DNA from: Candidatus Bipolaricaulota bacterium
GTDB taxonomy: Bacteria; Bipolaricaulota; Bipolaricaulia; RBG-16-55-9; DRXL01
Direction: 5' to 3'
Length of the DNA: 64,000 nt
NCBI GenBank assembly: GCA_025061735.1
Contig: JANXAU010000080.1
Location: 3,857 to 67,856 of the forward strand
In this document: piece by piece, positions 7,813 to 15,728 of the stretch
How the letters are laid out: the number at the start of each line of letters is the position of its first letter
Numbering within the stretch: position 1 is the stretch's first letter
Program-made: the position numbers and the translations under genes
The notes under the pieces: model-generated
Told to the model about the DNA's origin: nothing
Database searches by the model: none
What the model saw: only the letters and a program-made list of their open reading frames with translations

Positions 7813-9135
7813 ATGCGCCAACTCACCCTATCGCTGATCACGGTTCTCTTCGTTGCTCTTATCGGATCGTCCCAATCCATACCCGCTCCCGACACGGTGA
7901 TCATCCAGCCCAACCCCACCCCGCTCGCCCTCCAAGTCGGATTCAATCAGTCCAGCTACGCCCCCGGCGACAAGCTCCGCTTGACCATCGCCCTCAACCA
8001 AGATGCCTATGTCTATGTGTATAACATCACCCCGGACGGACGCATCCATCTGCTCTTCCCCAATGCTTATCAGCCCATCAATCTCCTGCGCGCTGGACAA
8101 CACACCATCCCCGACCGGCGCTACAGCTTCGTCATCACGCCGCCGACGGGCCTAGAGTGCGTCCAAGTCCTAGCGCTGACGGCTCCAATCCCCTTGGAGC
8201 GTTGGCTCCCAAACGGGAAACTCTCGCGCGAAAACCCCTTCCCCCAACTGAGCCAACAGCCCCTACAGTTCAAGCAAGCTATACAGCAGACGATCATCAG
8301 CACCGTAGGCCCCCAGGGCTGGACGACCGTCTGGAGCTGCTTCTCTATTACAAAGCCAATGGCCGTTCTTAAGATTCTCTCTATGCCCTCGGGCGCGCTC
8401 GTCTATCTAGAAGGGCGCGTCGTCGGGGAGACCCCGCTAGAGCTAGAACTCTCCCCCGGCCGCTACGAGATCAAGCTGACCCGCCCCGGCTACGACGACT
8501 GGTCGCAACGGGTCACCCTCCAAGACAAGAGCCAGATCACCCTTGAAGCCCAGTTGCGCCCGCGCGCTCCTATCCCCATTCCTCCCTCGCCACCGGCCCC
8601 CCCTCCCGTCCCACGCGACGATCAGCCGTTTGAGATTGGCGCACGGCCCGATCTGATGCTGGGCTTCAACGGCGGGCTGAGCCGCGAACAGATCCCCAGT
8701 CTGGGCTTCGATTTCAATTGGAGCCTTTCACAGAGATCGCGCTTTTGGGGCTTGGGGGTCTCTTTTTTGCTGACGGGCGAGGCCGTGCCCCCCTATGAAG
8801 ACATCGGGCGTCCCGAAGACCTCGGGCCGACGATGGTCTATCGCGAAGGCCCGGAGACGGAGTTCTATCTCAAGCTCTCTGTAGGGATCGGCCCGCTCGG
8901 CTTGGACGTCGCTGGCGGGTTCTCCATCCAACAAGAGGCCCACGTCGCGCAGGTCTTCCCCTTCGGCCAGAGCGCGCACCCGCTCGATGTCGTCGTCAAG
9001 CCCAACGGCTACAAGCGAGAGAAGATCTATCTGACAGGGCTCATTGGCTTCAGCTTGCGCTCGGAGAATCTTGCGCTCAGCGTTGGCGTGCACAACCGTC
9101 GGGGCTGGGTCGTGGGGATCGGGGTGTTGTTTTAG
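7813..9135 (+). CDS. secreted DUF4384-PEGA domain protein with Pro-rich linker and C-terminal beta-rich domain ending in Phe
   Basis: Signal peptide MRQLTLSLITVLFVALIGSSQS. DUF4384-like segment (YAPGDKLRLTIALNQDAYVYVYNITPDGRIHLLFPN). PEGA domain (SMPSGALVYLEGRVVGETPLELELSPGRYEIKLTRPGYDDW). Linker PIPIPPSPPAPPPVP. C-terminus ...VVGIGVLF. Promoter TATACT at 7790-7795. Confidence 0.7.
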   Translation: MRQLTLSLITVLFVALIGSSQSIPAPDTVIIQPNPTPLALQVGFNQSSYAPGDKLRLTIALNQDAYVYVYNITPDGRIHLLFPNAYQPINLLRAGQHTIPDRRYSFVITPPTGLECVQVLALTAPIPLERWLPNGKLSRENPFPQLSQQPLQFKQAIQQTIISTVGPQGWTTVWSCFSITKPMAVLKILSMPSGALVYLEGRVVGETPLELELSPGRYEIKLTRPGYDDWSQRVTLQDKSQITLEAQLRPRAPIPIPPSPPAPPPVPRDDQPFEIGARPDLMLGFNGGLSREQIPSLGFDFNWSLSQRSRFWGLGVSFLLTGEAVPPYEDIGRPEDLGPTMVYREGPETEFYLKLSVGIGPLGLDVAGGFSIQQEAHVAQVFPFGQSAHPLDVVVKPNGYKREKIYLTGLIGFSLRSENLALSVGVHNRRGWVVGIGVLF

Positions 9136-10091
9136 TGAAGCCTAAGCGCGTCTTTGCGTTCTTTGGGGAGAGCTTTCTGCGCGAGCGCGCCGCGAGAAAG
9201 CAGATCGCGGAACTACAGAAAGCCCAGCCGTCGCTGGCGCTTGTCACGCTCGACGGCAGCGAACTCGACGCTTCTGGAGTGCGCGAGCAAGTCGGGGGCG
9301 CGTCGCTCTTTGCTTCGTCTAAAATTCTCTTCGTGCGCCGGGCCGACGAGCTGCCCGCCCCAGAGGCGCTTGCCGAGCTGATCCCCAACGGCCTGGCCCA
9401 CAATTATCTGGTGCTAGAAGCCGAGAAGCTCGACAAGCGCGGCAAGCTCTATAAAGCTCTAGAGAAGCACGCCGTCGTGCAAGAACTCCCAAAACCCGAC
9501 CGGCGCGGCCTGCCCAAGCTCGTCCACGAGCTGCTCCAAGAACAGAAGCTGCGCGTCACGCCCGCGGGGGTCAAATATCTCTTGGCTTCAGTCGAGCCGG
9601 AGCCGGGGCGGCTGGCCAGCGAGATTCAGAAGCTCGCTGTCTATGCTCAAGGGCGCGAGTTGGACGTGCCCGAACTGAAAGAGCTGCTCTTCAGCGACCA
9701 GAGCGAGAGCGTCTTGCAGTTCTTGGACGGCTTGGGGGAGCGCCGCCGCCAGAGCTTAAAAGAGTTGCGCGCTCTTCTGAGATCGGGCGAAGACCCCAAT
9801 AAAATATTTTTTATGATCGTCTCGCAAGTGCGCAGTCTCTTAGCGATCAAATCTCTAGCGGCTTTGGGCAAATCGAGCGACGAGATCGCCAAGGAGACGG
9901 GACGCTTCGCTTGGCTCGTCGCCAAACAGAAGAAGCTCGCCCAGAACTTTTCTGAGACCGAATTAATTAATCTCTTGCACAGATTGCACGCCGAGGACGT
10001 GCGCATCAAGACCGGCGAGCGCACCCCGGAAGAAGCGCTCTTTGAGATCGTCTTGGCGATGACGCTGAGCGAGCGCCCGTTGTTTGTCTAG
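9135..10091 (+). CDS. holA: DNA polymerase III subunit delta
   Basis: 318 aa with HolA N-terminal and C-terminal domain architecture. GTG start overlaps the previous stop. Confidence 0.7.
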   Translation: MKPKRVFAFFGESFLRERAARKQIAELQKAQPSLALVTLDGSELDASGVREQVGGASLFASSKILFVRRADELPAPEALAELIPNGLAHNYLVLEAEKLDKRGKLYKALEKHAVVQELPKPDRRGLPKLVHELLQEQKLRVTPAGVKYLLASVEPEPGRLASEIQKLAVYAQGRELDVPELKELLFSDQSESVLQFLDGLGERRRQSLKELRALLRSGEDPNKIFFMIVSQVRSLLAIKSLAALGKSSDEIAKETGRFAWLVAKQKKLAQNFSETELINLLHRLHAEDVRIKTGERTPEEALFEIVLAMTLSERPLFV

Positions 10092-10122
10092 GGAGATCGA
10101 GTATAATAGCTGTGATTCTCAC

Positions 10123-11046
10123 GTGGCTACGTGCGCCATTCTCGCAGAGGAGCTGTCGCGGCGGTTTGATGGGCGCCTCGCTGTAGATCGGCTCTCTCTC
10201 GCAGTCTATGAAGGAGAGGTCTTTGGCTTTCTCGGCCCCAACGGCGCGGGCAAGACCACGACCGTGCGGATGCTCGCCGGGCTGATCGCCCCTACTTCGG
10301 GACGCGCCCTGATCGCGGGCGTAGACGTGGTCGCCGAGCCGCAGCGGGTACGCTCGCTCGTCGGCGTGCTCACCGAAAGCCCTGGGCTTTACGAAAAGCT
10401 CTCGGTCTGGCAGAATCTTCAGTTCTACGCAGACTTGTACGGACTCGCCCCCAGCACGCCGCAGATCGAACGATATCTGAGACTCTTTGATCTGTGGGAG
10501 CGCCGTTTTGACCCCGTGAGCGCGCTCTCCAAGGGGATGAAGCAGAAGCTCGCGCTGGCGCGCTCGCTCTTGCACGATCCCAAGGTGCTCTTCCTCGACG
10601 AGCCGACCGCCGGACTCGATCCCGAAGCCGCCAAGACCGTGCGCGATCTCATCGCGGCTCTCTCCCAAGAGCGGCGCACGATCTTCCTCTGCACGCATAA
10701 TCTGCACGAAGCCGAGCAGCTCTGTGATCGCATCGGTCTGATCAAGCAGCGCCTGCTGAAGGTGGGCACTCCCCATCAGCTCAAGCGCGAACTCTACGGA
10801 CACCAGATCGTCGTTGATCTTAAAAAACCGCTAGAGTCGCTCGACTCCCAACTGAATCTGCCCTTCGTCAAGGGGCTGCGCGTCGAGCAGACCCGGCTTG
10901 TCATAGAATTGGAGAACCCGCAAGAGCAGAACCCGTTGTTGGTGCGGCGCTTGGTCGAGCTGGGGGCGGAGATCCAATTTGTGCGCGAGGCCGACCGCTC
11001 GCTCGAAGACGTCTATTTGCAACTCGTGAGGGAGGAGAGCCTCTGA
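10123..11046 (+). CDS. ABC transporter ATP-binding protein (ABC-2 type)
   Basis: Walker A GPNGAGKTT, signature LSKGMKQK, Walker B LLFLDEPTAGLD, H-loop CTHNL. GTG 10123 lies 9 nt downstream of an internal TTGTTT-16-TATAAT promoter. Alternative TTG start at 10084. Confidence 0.8.
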   Translation: MATCAILAEELSRRFDGRLAVDRLSLAVYEGEVFGFLGPNGAGKTTTVRMLAGLIAPTSGRALIAGVDVVAEPQRVRSLVGVLTESPGLYEKLSVWQNLQFYADLYGLAPSTPQIERYLRLFDLWERRFDPVSALSKGMKQKLALARSLLHDPKVLFLDEPTAGLDPEAAKTVRDLIAALSQERRTIFLCTHNLHEAEQLCDRIGLIKQRLLKVGTPHQLKRELYGHQIVVDLKKPLESLDSQLNLPFVKGLRVEQTRLVIELENPQEQNPLLVRRLVELGAEIQFVREADRSLEDVYLQLVREESL

Positions 11047-11795
11047 TGCGTCGGGTCTGGGTGGTCGTGCTGAAAGAATGGCGCGAGGCGCTCAAGGGCG
11101 GCAAGCTCTTATGGGTAGGCACGGTCGCTCTCCCCGTCATCTTACTGGGGATCTCCGTCTATATGATGCTCAGCGTAGGAGACCTGAGCGCCCTTGAGGA
11201 CGAAGACCTAAAAATGGTGCTCCACACGCTCTTTAGCGTCTTCTTATTGTATTTTATGCTCTTCCCCATGATCATCCCCAACGCGATCTCGGTCTATGCG
11301 ATCATGAGCGAGAAGGAGCAGAAGAGCTTGGAGCCGTTGCTGGCGACCCCTCTACAGACCTGGGAGCTCTTTCTCGCGAAGGTCTTATCGGCGGTCATCC
11401 CCGCGGTGGTGATCACGTGGGCGACGTTTGGGGTCTTTGTGCTCATCGTAGGCCAGATGCTCCCTGCGGGGCTTTGGGAGATCGTCTGGAGAGATTTTGG
11501 AATCGCCGCGCTGGTGACGCTGGTGCTCTTTGCCCCGCTGGCCTCGGTCTTCGTCACCATGACATCAATGGCGATTGCCACGCGCACGAGCGATGCGCGC
11601 TCGGCGCAACTGCTCAGCAGTTTTGTCGTTCTGCCCATCGCCCTCTGGGCGCTCGTCTCGATCTATCAGAACGCGCTCTTGCAGCCCGCCAATCTCGTGG
11701 GAGTCTCTCTGCTGCTGTTGGGCTTGAATATCGTCTTGCTCAAGATCGCCGTGCGGCTCTTTCGGAGAGAGGAGATCCTGACGCGCTGGCGCTGA
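11046..11795 (+). CDS. ABC-2 family transporter permease
   Basis: Six-TM hydrophobic profile. ATG overlaps the ATPase stop (TGATG). Typical ABC-2 partner. Confidence 0.75.
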   Translation: MRRVWVVVLKEWREALKGGKLLWVGTVALPVILLGISVYMMLSVGDLSALEDEDLKMVLHTLFSVFLLYFMLFPMIIPNAISVYAIMSEKEQKSLEPLLATPLQTWELFLAKVLSAVIPAVVITWATFGVFVLIVGQMLPAGLWEIVWRDFGIAALVTLVLFAPLASVFVTMTSMAIATRTSDARSAQLLSSFVVLPIALWALVSIYQNALLQPANLVGVSLLLLGLNIVLLKIAVRLFRREEILTRWR

Positions 11796-11801
11796 GTCTT
11801 T

Positions 11802-12656
11802 ATGTCTCTGACGAATCCGTCGGTCGTGCGCGCGCTGCTGGCCCGCCACAAGATTCGCTTGCGGAAGCGCTGGGGACAAAACTTTCTTATAGACGCTCAC
11901 GTTCTAGAAAAGATCGTCTCGTTTGCTCAGATTAACTCTGACGACACCGTGCTGGAGATCGGCGCGGGGATCGGCACGCTGACGCAGAAGTTGGCCGAGC
12001 GCGCCGCTCGCGTGATCGCCGTCGAGATAGACGCGCGGCTCATCCCGTTGCTCCGGGAGCATCTCCGTGCTCACTCTCATACGGAGATTTTGTGCCAAGA
12101 TTTTTTAGAGTTCGATCTGAAGAGCTTGCCCTCTCAGACGAAGGTTGTCGGCAATCTCCCGTACTATATCACGGCTCCGATTCTGGAGAAACTGATTGAA
12201 GCGCATAAACATCTGCACTCAGCGCTGGTGATGGTGCAGCTCGAAGTCGCCGAGAAGCTCTCGGCCCTGGTGGGGACGCGCGATGCGAGCGCTATCACCG
12301 TCTTTGCTCAAGCCTTCGCCGATGTGGAGTATCTCACGAAGGTCTCCAAGCACTGTTTCTTCCCCAAGCCCGAGGTGGACTCTGCCTTGGTGCGCTTAGG
12401 ATTTCTGCGTCAACCGCGCTTTCAAGCCCCAGAAGATCTCTTCTTCAAGGTCGTCCGAGCGTCGTTCAACTTGCGGCGCAAGACGCTCCTGCAAGCGCTC
12501 AGCCAATCGCCGTGGCTGGCGCTGCCGCGCGACTCTGTGCGTGCGGCCCTCGAGAAGGCTGCGATTGACCCTCAAAGACGCGGCGAGACGCTCTCCTTAG
12601 AAGAGTTTGACCGGCTGGCTCAGCAGATAGATGCGGTAGTCAGAACGAAACTATAG
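11802..12656 (+). CDS. rsmA: 16S rRNA (adenine1518/1519-N6)-dimethyltransferase
   Basis: KsgA motifs: GQNFLID, SAM-binding LEIGAGIGTLT, NLPYYIT. Confidence 0.9.
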   Translation: MSLTNPSVVRALLARHKIRLRKRWGQNFLIDAHVLEKIVSFAQINSDDTVLEIGAGIGTLTQKLAERAARVIAVEIDARLIPLLREHLRAHSHTEILCQDFLEFDLKSLPSQTKVVGNLPYYITAPILEKLIEAHKHLHSALVMVQLEVAEKLSALVGTRDASAITVFAQAFADVEYLTKVSKHCFFPKPEVDSALVRLGFLRQPRFQAPEDLFFKVVRASFNLRRKTLLQALSQSPWLALPRDSVRAALEKAAIDPQRRGETLSLEEFDRLAQQIDAVVRTKL

Positions 12657-12664
12657 CCGAAAGA

Positions 12665-12729
12665 CTGCGCTGCCCGGGGGCAAACGGGCAGCGCAGCATA
12701 CCTTCCTCTGAGCAGCAGGGTCTCAGAGG
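12665..12729. terminator. tandem GC-rich hairpins downstream of rsmA (candidate bidirectional terminator)
   Basis: CTGCGCTGCCCG-ggggcaaa-CGGGCAGCGCAG (12-bp perfect stem) followed by CCTCTGAG-cagcagggt-CTCAGAGG. No U-tract. Confidence 0.45.
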
Positions 12730-13316
12730 AACCCTGTCATCTCCCCGTCCTCACTCCGACTTCCCCATTCCCCTCTCACTTCCCCCTCTGGGTGAGGCTC
12801 GCCGGAGACGACCGGGCAAAGGGATTCCTCCACGGTGATCGCACCGCGCTTGGGCACTGGGGAAAAATCCCGCCGCTAACTCGGGCCAAGTCAAACCGGC
12901 GGGCAAAACCCTGGCGACCAAGCTCTGCCGCGCCCCCTCGCAGCAGCGAGGTTCTCCGTTCGGGGTAAGGAGGTTGCGTTGGGGCAGCTTTTCTAGCACT
13001 CTCTCCCGCTCCCTTGTATTATAGTTGTTAGTATTATATACAACTTTTTTTATATTTGTCAAGTCCGTCAAGCGAGACCATGACGGGGATCATAAAAAGC
13101 GCTGACATAGAGGTTTTCCGTGATTTTCGACTCTACAGCAAGCTTCCCCCTGCGAGTTTGAGGATTAGGACAGATTCAAGGGCAAAGATTGTGCTGATGC
13201 CAACGCCTCAAGCCTATAAATGAAACATAGATCACCGACACAGACTATATGGTCGGTGTATAAGAGACGCTAAGCGGACGGCGCGTACCCGCGACGCCCC
13301 GCTGAAAGGAGTGGCC

Positions 13317-13550
13317 ATGACCAAGTGGATCTACGTGCAGATGCGCAACAGCCTGGGGTTTGCCATCGTCTCCGTGCCGATGGACCTCACCGTCTCGCAG
13401 CTCAAGCTCCTGTTGGGAGCCGATCCGCGCAGCTTTGTCACCGTCCACTCCGCGTTCCAGCCCCTGGCTGAGAACGAGCCGATCTATCAACGGGTTTCTA
13501 ACTACGATACCGTTTATATTGATCCCTACCGACGTCACGAAGTCCATTAA
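13317..13550 (+). CDS. small hypothetical protein (77 aa)
   Basis: SD AAAGGAG 6 nt before the ATG. Sequence MTKWIYVQMRNSLGFAIVSVPMDLTVSQLKLLLG..., with no recognisable motif. Confidence 0.4.
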   Translation: MTKWIYVQMRNSLGFAIVSVPMDLTVSQLKLLLGADPRSFVTVHSAFQPLAENEPIYQRVSNYDTVYIDPYRRHEVH

Positions 13551-13631
13551 CCCCCTCTCCCTCAACAAGCGGGAGTTCGGTTGCTTCCCTCCATCCCAGC
13601 GCCGGCTCCCGCTTGCCCGCTTTATCTACCC

Positions 13632-13659
13632 TTGACAAACAGAAAAAAGTGTTTATAAT
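13632..13659 (+). promoter_or_regulatory. near-consensus sigma-70 promoter (TTGACA-16-TATAAT) driving the riboswitch-containing leader
   Basis: TTGACA at 13632-13637, TATAAT at 13654-13659. The predicted TSS is about 13666, giving a 145-nt leader. Confidence 0.5.
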
Positions 13660-13717
13660 TGTCAGTGCTTTTTCACTCATGTTTTCAAAGAGAGGAGGAA
13701 GGCAGCCCTAACAGAAG

Positions 13718-13810
13718 TCTTCCTGACCAGGGCAAACCCGTAGAAATACGGGGACGCAAAGCCACAGACCCGACCGGCATCGCCGAGGGTGGCTGGGTTG
13801 CCGGGAAGCC
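13718..13810 (+). ncRNA. c-di-GMP-I (GEMM) riboswitch candidate in 5' UTR
   Basis: AGGGCAAACC (13729-13738), then P2 hairpin CCCGUA-GAAA-UACGGG, then GGACGCAAAGCC (13752-13763), then P3 hairpin CCGGCA...UGCCGG abutting the GGGAAG SD. Compare Vc2: CAGGGCAAACC-AUUCGAAAGAGU-GGGACGCAAAGCC. Confidence 0.6.
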
Positions 13811-14320
13811 ATGAGAAGACCGATCATCACCGCCGCGCTCGCAGGCTGGTGCTCCCTCTTGCTCACCCTTCCAAGCCTCTCCCAAAGCTCCGCCACCGTG
13901 TCGTTTCAGATAGCCAGCTATCAGAACCTCTCGATATGGGGGGAGCGCTCCGACCAACGCGAGATCCTCTCGCTCTATCGCATCCCCCAGCCCACCCCGC
14001 AAGAGCGCGCCGCCGGCTGGATCGAACGCCCCAAAGCGCTCCAGCTCGTGGCCCGCAGCAACCTGCGCTGGGCCTTGCGCGTCCGCTCCCTAGAACCGAC
14101 GATGGGCCTCAGCGATGACGGTCAGTCCCGCAAGCCCGTCAGCGATCTCTACGTCCGCACCCCCCAATACGAGGTCTCCGTCTCGGTGCGCGATCAGACG
14201 ATTGCCCACGGACCGGCGGGCGAGTTCCTCGTCCCCATCGACTACCGCGTGCGCCTCGGCCCCGATCACCGCGACGGCCACTACCACGTCACGTTGGTCT
14301 ACACCCTCTCTACCCCCTAG
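13811..14320 (+). CDS. small secreted hypothetical protein under riboswitch control
   Basis: Signal peptide MRRPIITAALAGWCSLLLTLPSLSQS. 169 aa. No known domain. Confidence 0.6.
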   Translation: MRRPIITAALAGWCSLLLTLPSLSQSSATVSFQIASYQNLSIWGERSDQREILSLYRIPQPTPQERAAGWIERPKALQLVARSNLRWALRVRSLEPTMGLSDDGQSRKPVSDLYVRTPQYEVSVSVRDQTIAHGPAGEFLVPIDYRVRLGPDHRDGHYHVTLVYTLSTP

Positions 14321-14359
14321 ACGCCCATACCTCTGAACAGATCGGCTCTACCTAGGGAC

Positions 14360-14388
14360 TTGACAACCCTCCCGCCGTGGTGTATACT
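14360..14388 (+). promoter_or_regulatory. perfect-consensus sigma-70 promoter of pstS (TTGACA-17-TATACT)
   Basis: TTGACA at 14360-14365, TATACT at 14383-14388. Confidence 0.55.
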
Positions 14389-14396
14389 TATGGCGC

Positions 14397-14410
14397 GATC
14401 TATATAGATC
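14397..14410. promoter_or_regulatory. perfect 14-bp palindrome GATCTATATAGATC at the pstS transcription start (operator candidate)
   Basis: It lies 8 nt downstream of the -10 and upstream of the SD AAAGGAGGAG. Confidence 0.35.
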
Positions 14411-14441
14411 GTGGCTAAACTATATTAAAAGGAGGAGAAGT

Positions 14442-15590
14442 ATGAAATTTAGCGCCTCTCTTGTGAGACGCGTCACGTTGGTCGCTCTGTTGGTCGTCGG
14501 ATCGGTCGTCCTGTCGTCGTTGGCTCAACCGGGAGCTCCGAGGGACTCCAAAAACATCTTGGCCGATGGCTCCAGCACCGTCGCTCCCATCACCAAGGCG
14601 ATGGCCGAGGAGTTCAAGAAGGTCCGCCCCGATGCCAACGTCACCGTGGGGGTCAGCGGGACCTCGGCCGGTTTTCGGCGCTTCGTCGCCGGCGAGACCG
14701 ACATCAGCAACGCCTCGCGCGCCATCCGACAGTCCGAGATCGAGACCGCCCCTAGGAACGGCGTCGAGTACATCGAGCTGCTTATCGCTCTGGACGGCCT
14801 GACCGTCGCCGTCAGCAACAAGACCCAGATCTTTGGCAACGCCCCGGTCTGCTTGACCGTCGGCGAGCTGGAGCTGTTGTGGGCCAGAGAGTCCGAGAAG
14901 TTCATCACCAAGTGGAACCAGGTCCGCAGCACGCTGGCCAACGCCGACATCACGCTCTCCGGCGCCGCCAGCACCTCGGGGACCTTCGATTTCTTCACCT
15001 CGGTGGTCAACGGGCGAGAGGGCGATAGCCGCCAGGACTACTTCGGCACCGAAGAAGATCAGCTTCTGGCCCAACAGACCGGGGCCAATCCCTTCGCCCT
15101 GACGTACTTTGGCTATAACTTCTTCGTGCACAACACCCAACTGGTGCAAGCCGTCGCCATTGATCCGCGCCGCGATCTGATCAGCGCGCCGGCTGACGTG
15201 CTCGCGGAGATCAACAAGCGCCGCGAGGCCAACAAGAAGCCCCCGCTTAGGAACGGCGGCGGCGAGTGCAAGGGCATCCTTCCCAACACCGATACGATCT
15301 TGGCGTTCACCTATCAACCGCTGAGCCGCCCGCTCTTCATCTACGTCAACAAGAGGAGCGGCGAGCGCCCGCTGGTGGACGAGTTCATCCGATTCTACTT
15401 GGATGAGGCGCGCCTGGGCAATCAGGACTTCATGCTCAACAAGGCGGGATATATGCCCGTCCCGCGCGATGTGCGCGACGAGGCCCGCACCTGCTGGAGC
15501 AAGCGCATCACCGGCTCGGCCTTTGGCGGCCAATACGCCGGCCTCTCCCTGCAGCAGATCCGCGCCAAGTACGGCCAACACTGCAAGTGA
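14442..15590 (+). CDS. pstS: phosphate ABC transporter substrate-binding protein
   Basis: Signal peptide. PstS family motifs DGSSTVAPI, GVSGTSAGF, and the terminal GYMP region. First gene of pstSCAB-phoU. Confidence 0.9.
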   Translation: MKFSASLVRRVTLVALLVVGSVVLSSLAQPGAPRDSKNILADGSSTVAPITKAMAEEFKKVRPDANVTVGVSGTSAGFRRFVAGETDISNASRAIRQSEIETAPRNGVEYIELLIALDGLTVAVSNKTQIFGNAPVCLTVGELELLWARESEKFITKWNQVRSTLANADITLSGAASTSGTFDFFTSVVNGREGDSRQDYFGTEEDQLLAQQTGANPFALTYFGYNFFVHNTQLVQAVAIDPRRDLISAPADVLAEINKRREANKKPPLRNGGGECKGILPNTDTILAFTYQPLSRPLFIYVNKRSGERPLVDEFIRFYLDEARLGNQDFMLNKAGYMPVPRDVRDEARTCWSKRITGSAFGGQYAGLSLQQIRAKYGQHCK

Positions 15591-15610
15591 TCCTAAGCCA
15601 ACCCCAAATG

Positions 15611-15647
15611 CCGAGTCTCCCAGGGCCCCCGACTCTGGGAGGCTCGG
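15611..15647 (+). terminator. stem-loop after pstS (intra-operon attenuator/terminator)
   Basis: CCGAGUCUCCCAG-ggcccccgact-CUGGGAGGCUCGG: a 13-bp stem with one U-G wobble, 21 nt after the pstS stop. Confidence 0.45.
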
Positions 15648-15665
15648 CTCCCCTCCCTTCACGGT

Positions 15666-15694
15666 TTGACTGCATCTTCCTCGCGCGCTATAAT
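15666..15694 (+). promoter_or_regulatory. internal promoter upstream of pstC (TTGACT-17-TATAAT)
   Basis: TTGACT at 15666-15671, TATAAT at 15689-15694. Confidence 0.45.
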
Positions 15695-15728
15695 GTTTAC
15701 GGAAAAACTATATAGAGCACTGTGAACC

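Noticed and set aside
10084-10122. TTG start at 10084 for the ABC ATPase (overlapping holA)
   Set aside because: The conserved ATPase N-terminus begins near residue 14. An internal TTGTTT-16-TATAAT promoter places a TSS just upstream of GTG 10123. The TTG start is kept as an alternative only.
12700-13010. tmRNA, RNase P RNA, SRP RNA, cobalamin, glycine and GEMM riboswitch in the long intergenic region after rsmA
   Set aside because: I searched both strands for diagnostic blocks and found none: the GGAAAGUCCGG P4 region, the tmRNA GGUUCGA...CCACCA tail, SRP GGAAGGAAGCAGC, the B12 box, GACGCAAAGCC. The region is kept only as an unclassified structured-RNA candidate.
12751-13071. 106-aa minus-strand ORF inside the rsmA downstream intergenic region
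   Set aside because: It has no SD, a low-complexity composition, and it spans the AT-rich promoter-like block and the structured GC-rich segment. More likely noncoding.
14330-14441. E. coli-type Pho box (CTGTCAT direct repeats replacing the -35) at pstS
   Set aside because: The -35 is a perfect TTGACA and no 7-4-7 direct repeats are present. Only the downstream palindrome is reported.
14415-15662. 415-aa antisense ORF opposite pstS, and similar long antisense ORFs (e.g. 2028-2591, 5085-5559, 17903-18616, 44376-44837)
   Set aside because: High GC suppresses stop codons on the antisense strand. The products are Gly/Arg/Asp-rich with no motifs, and the sense-strand genes are unambiguous.
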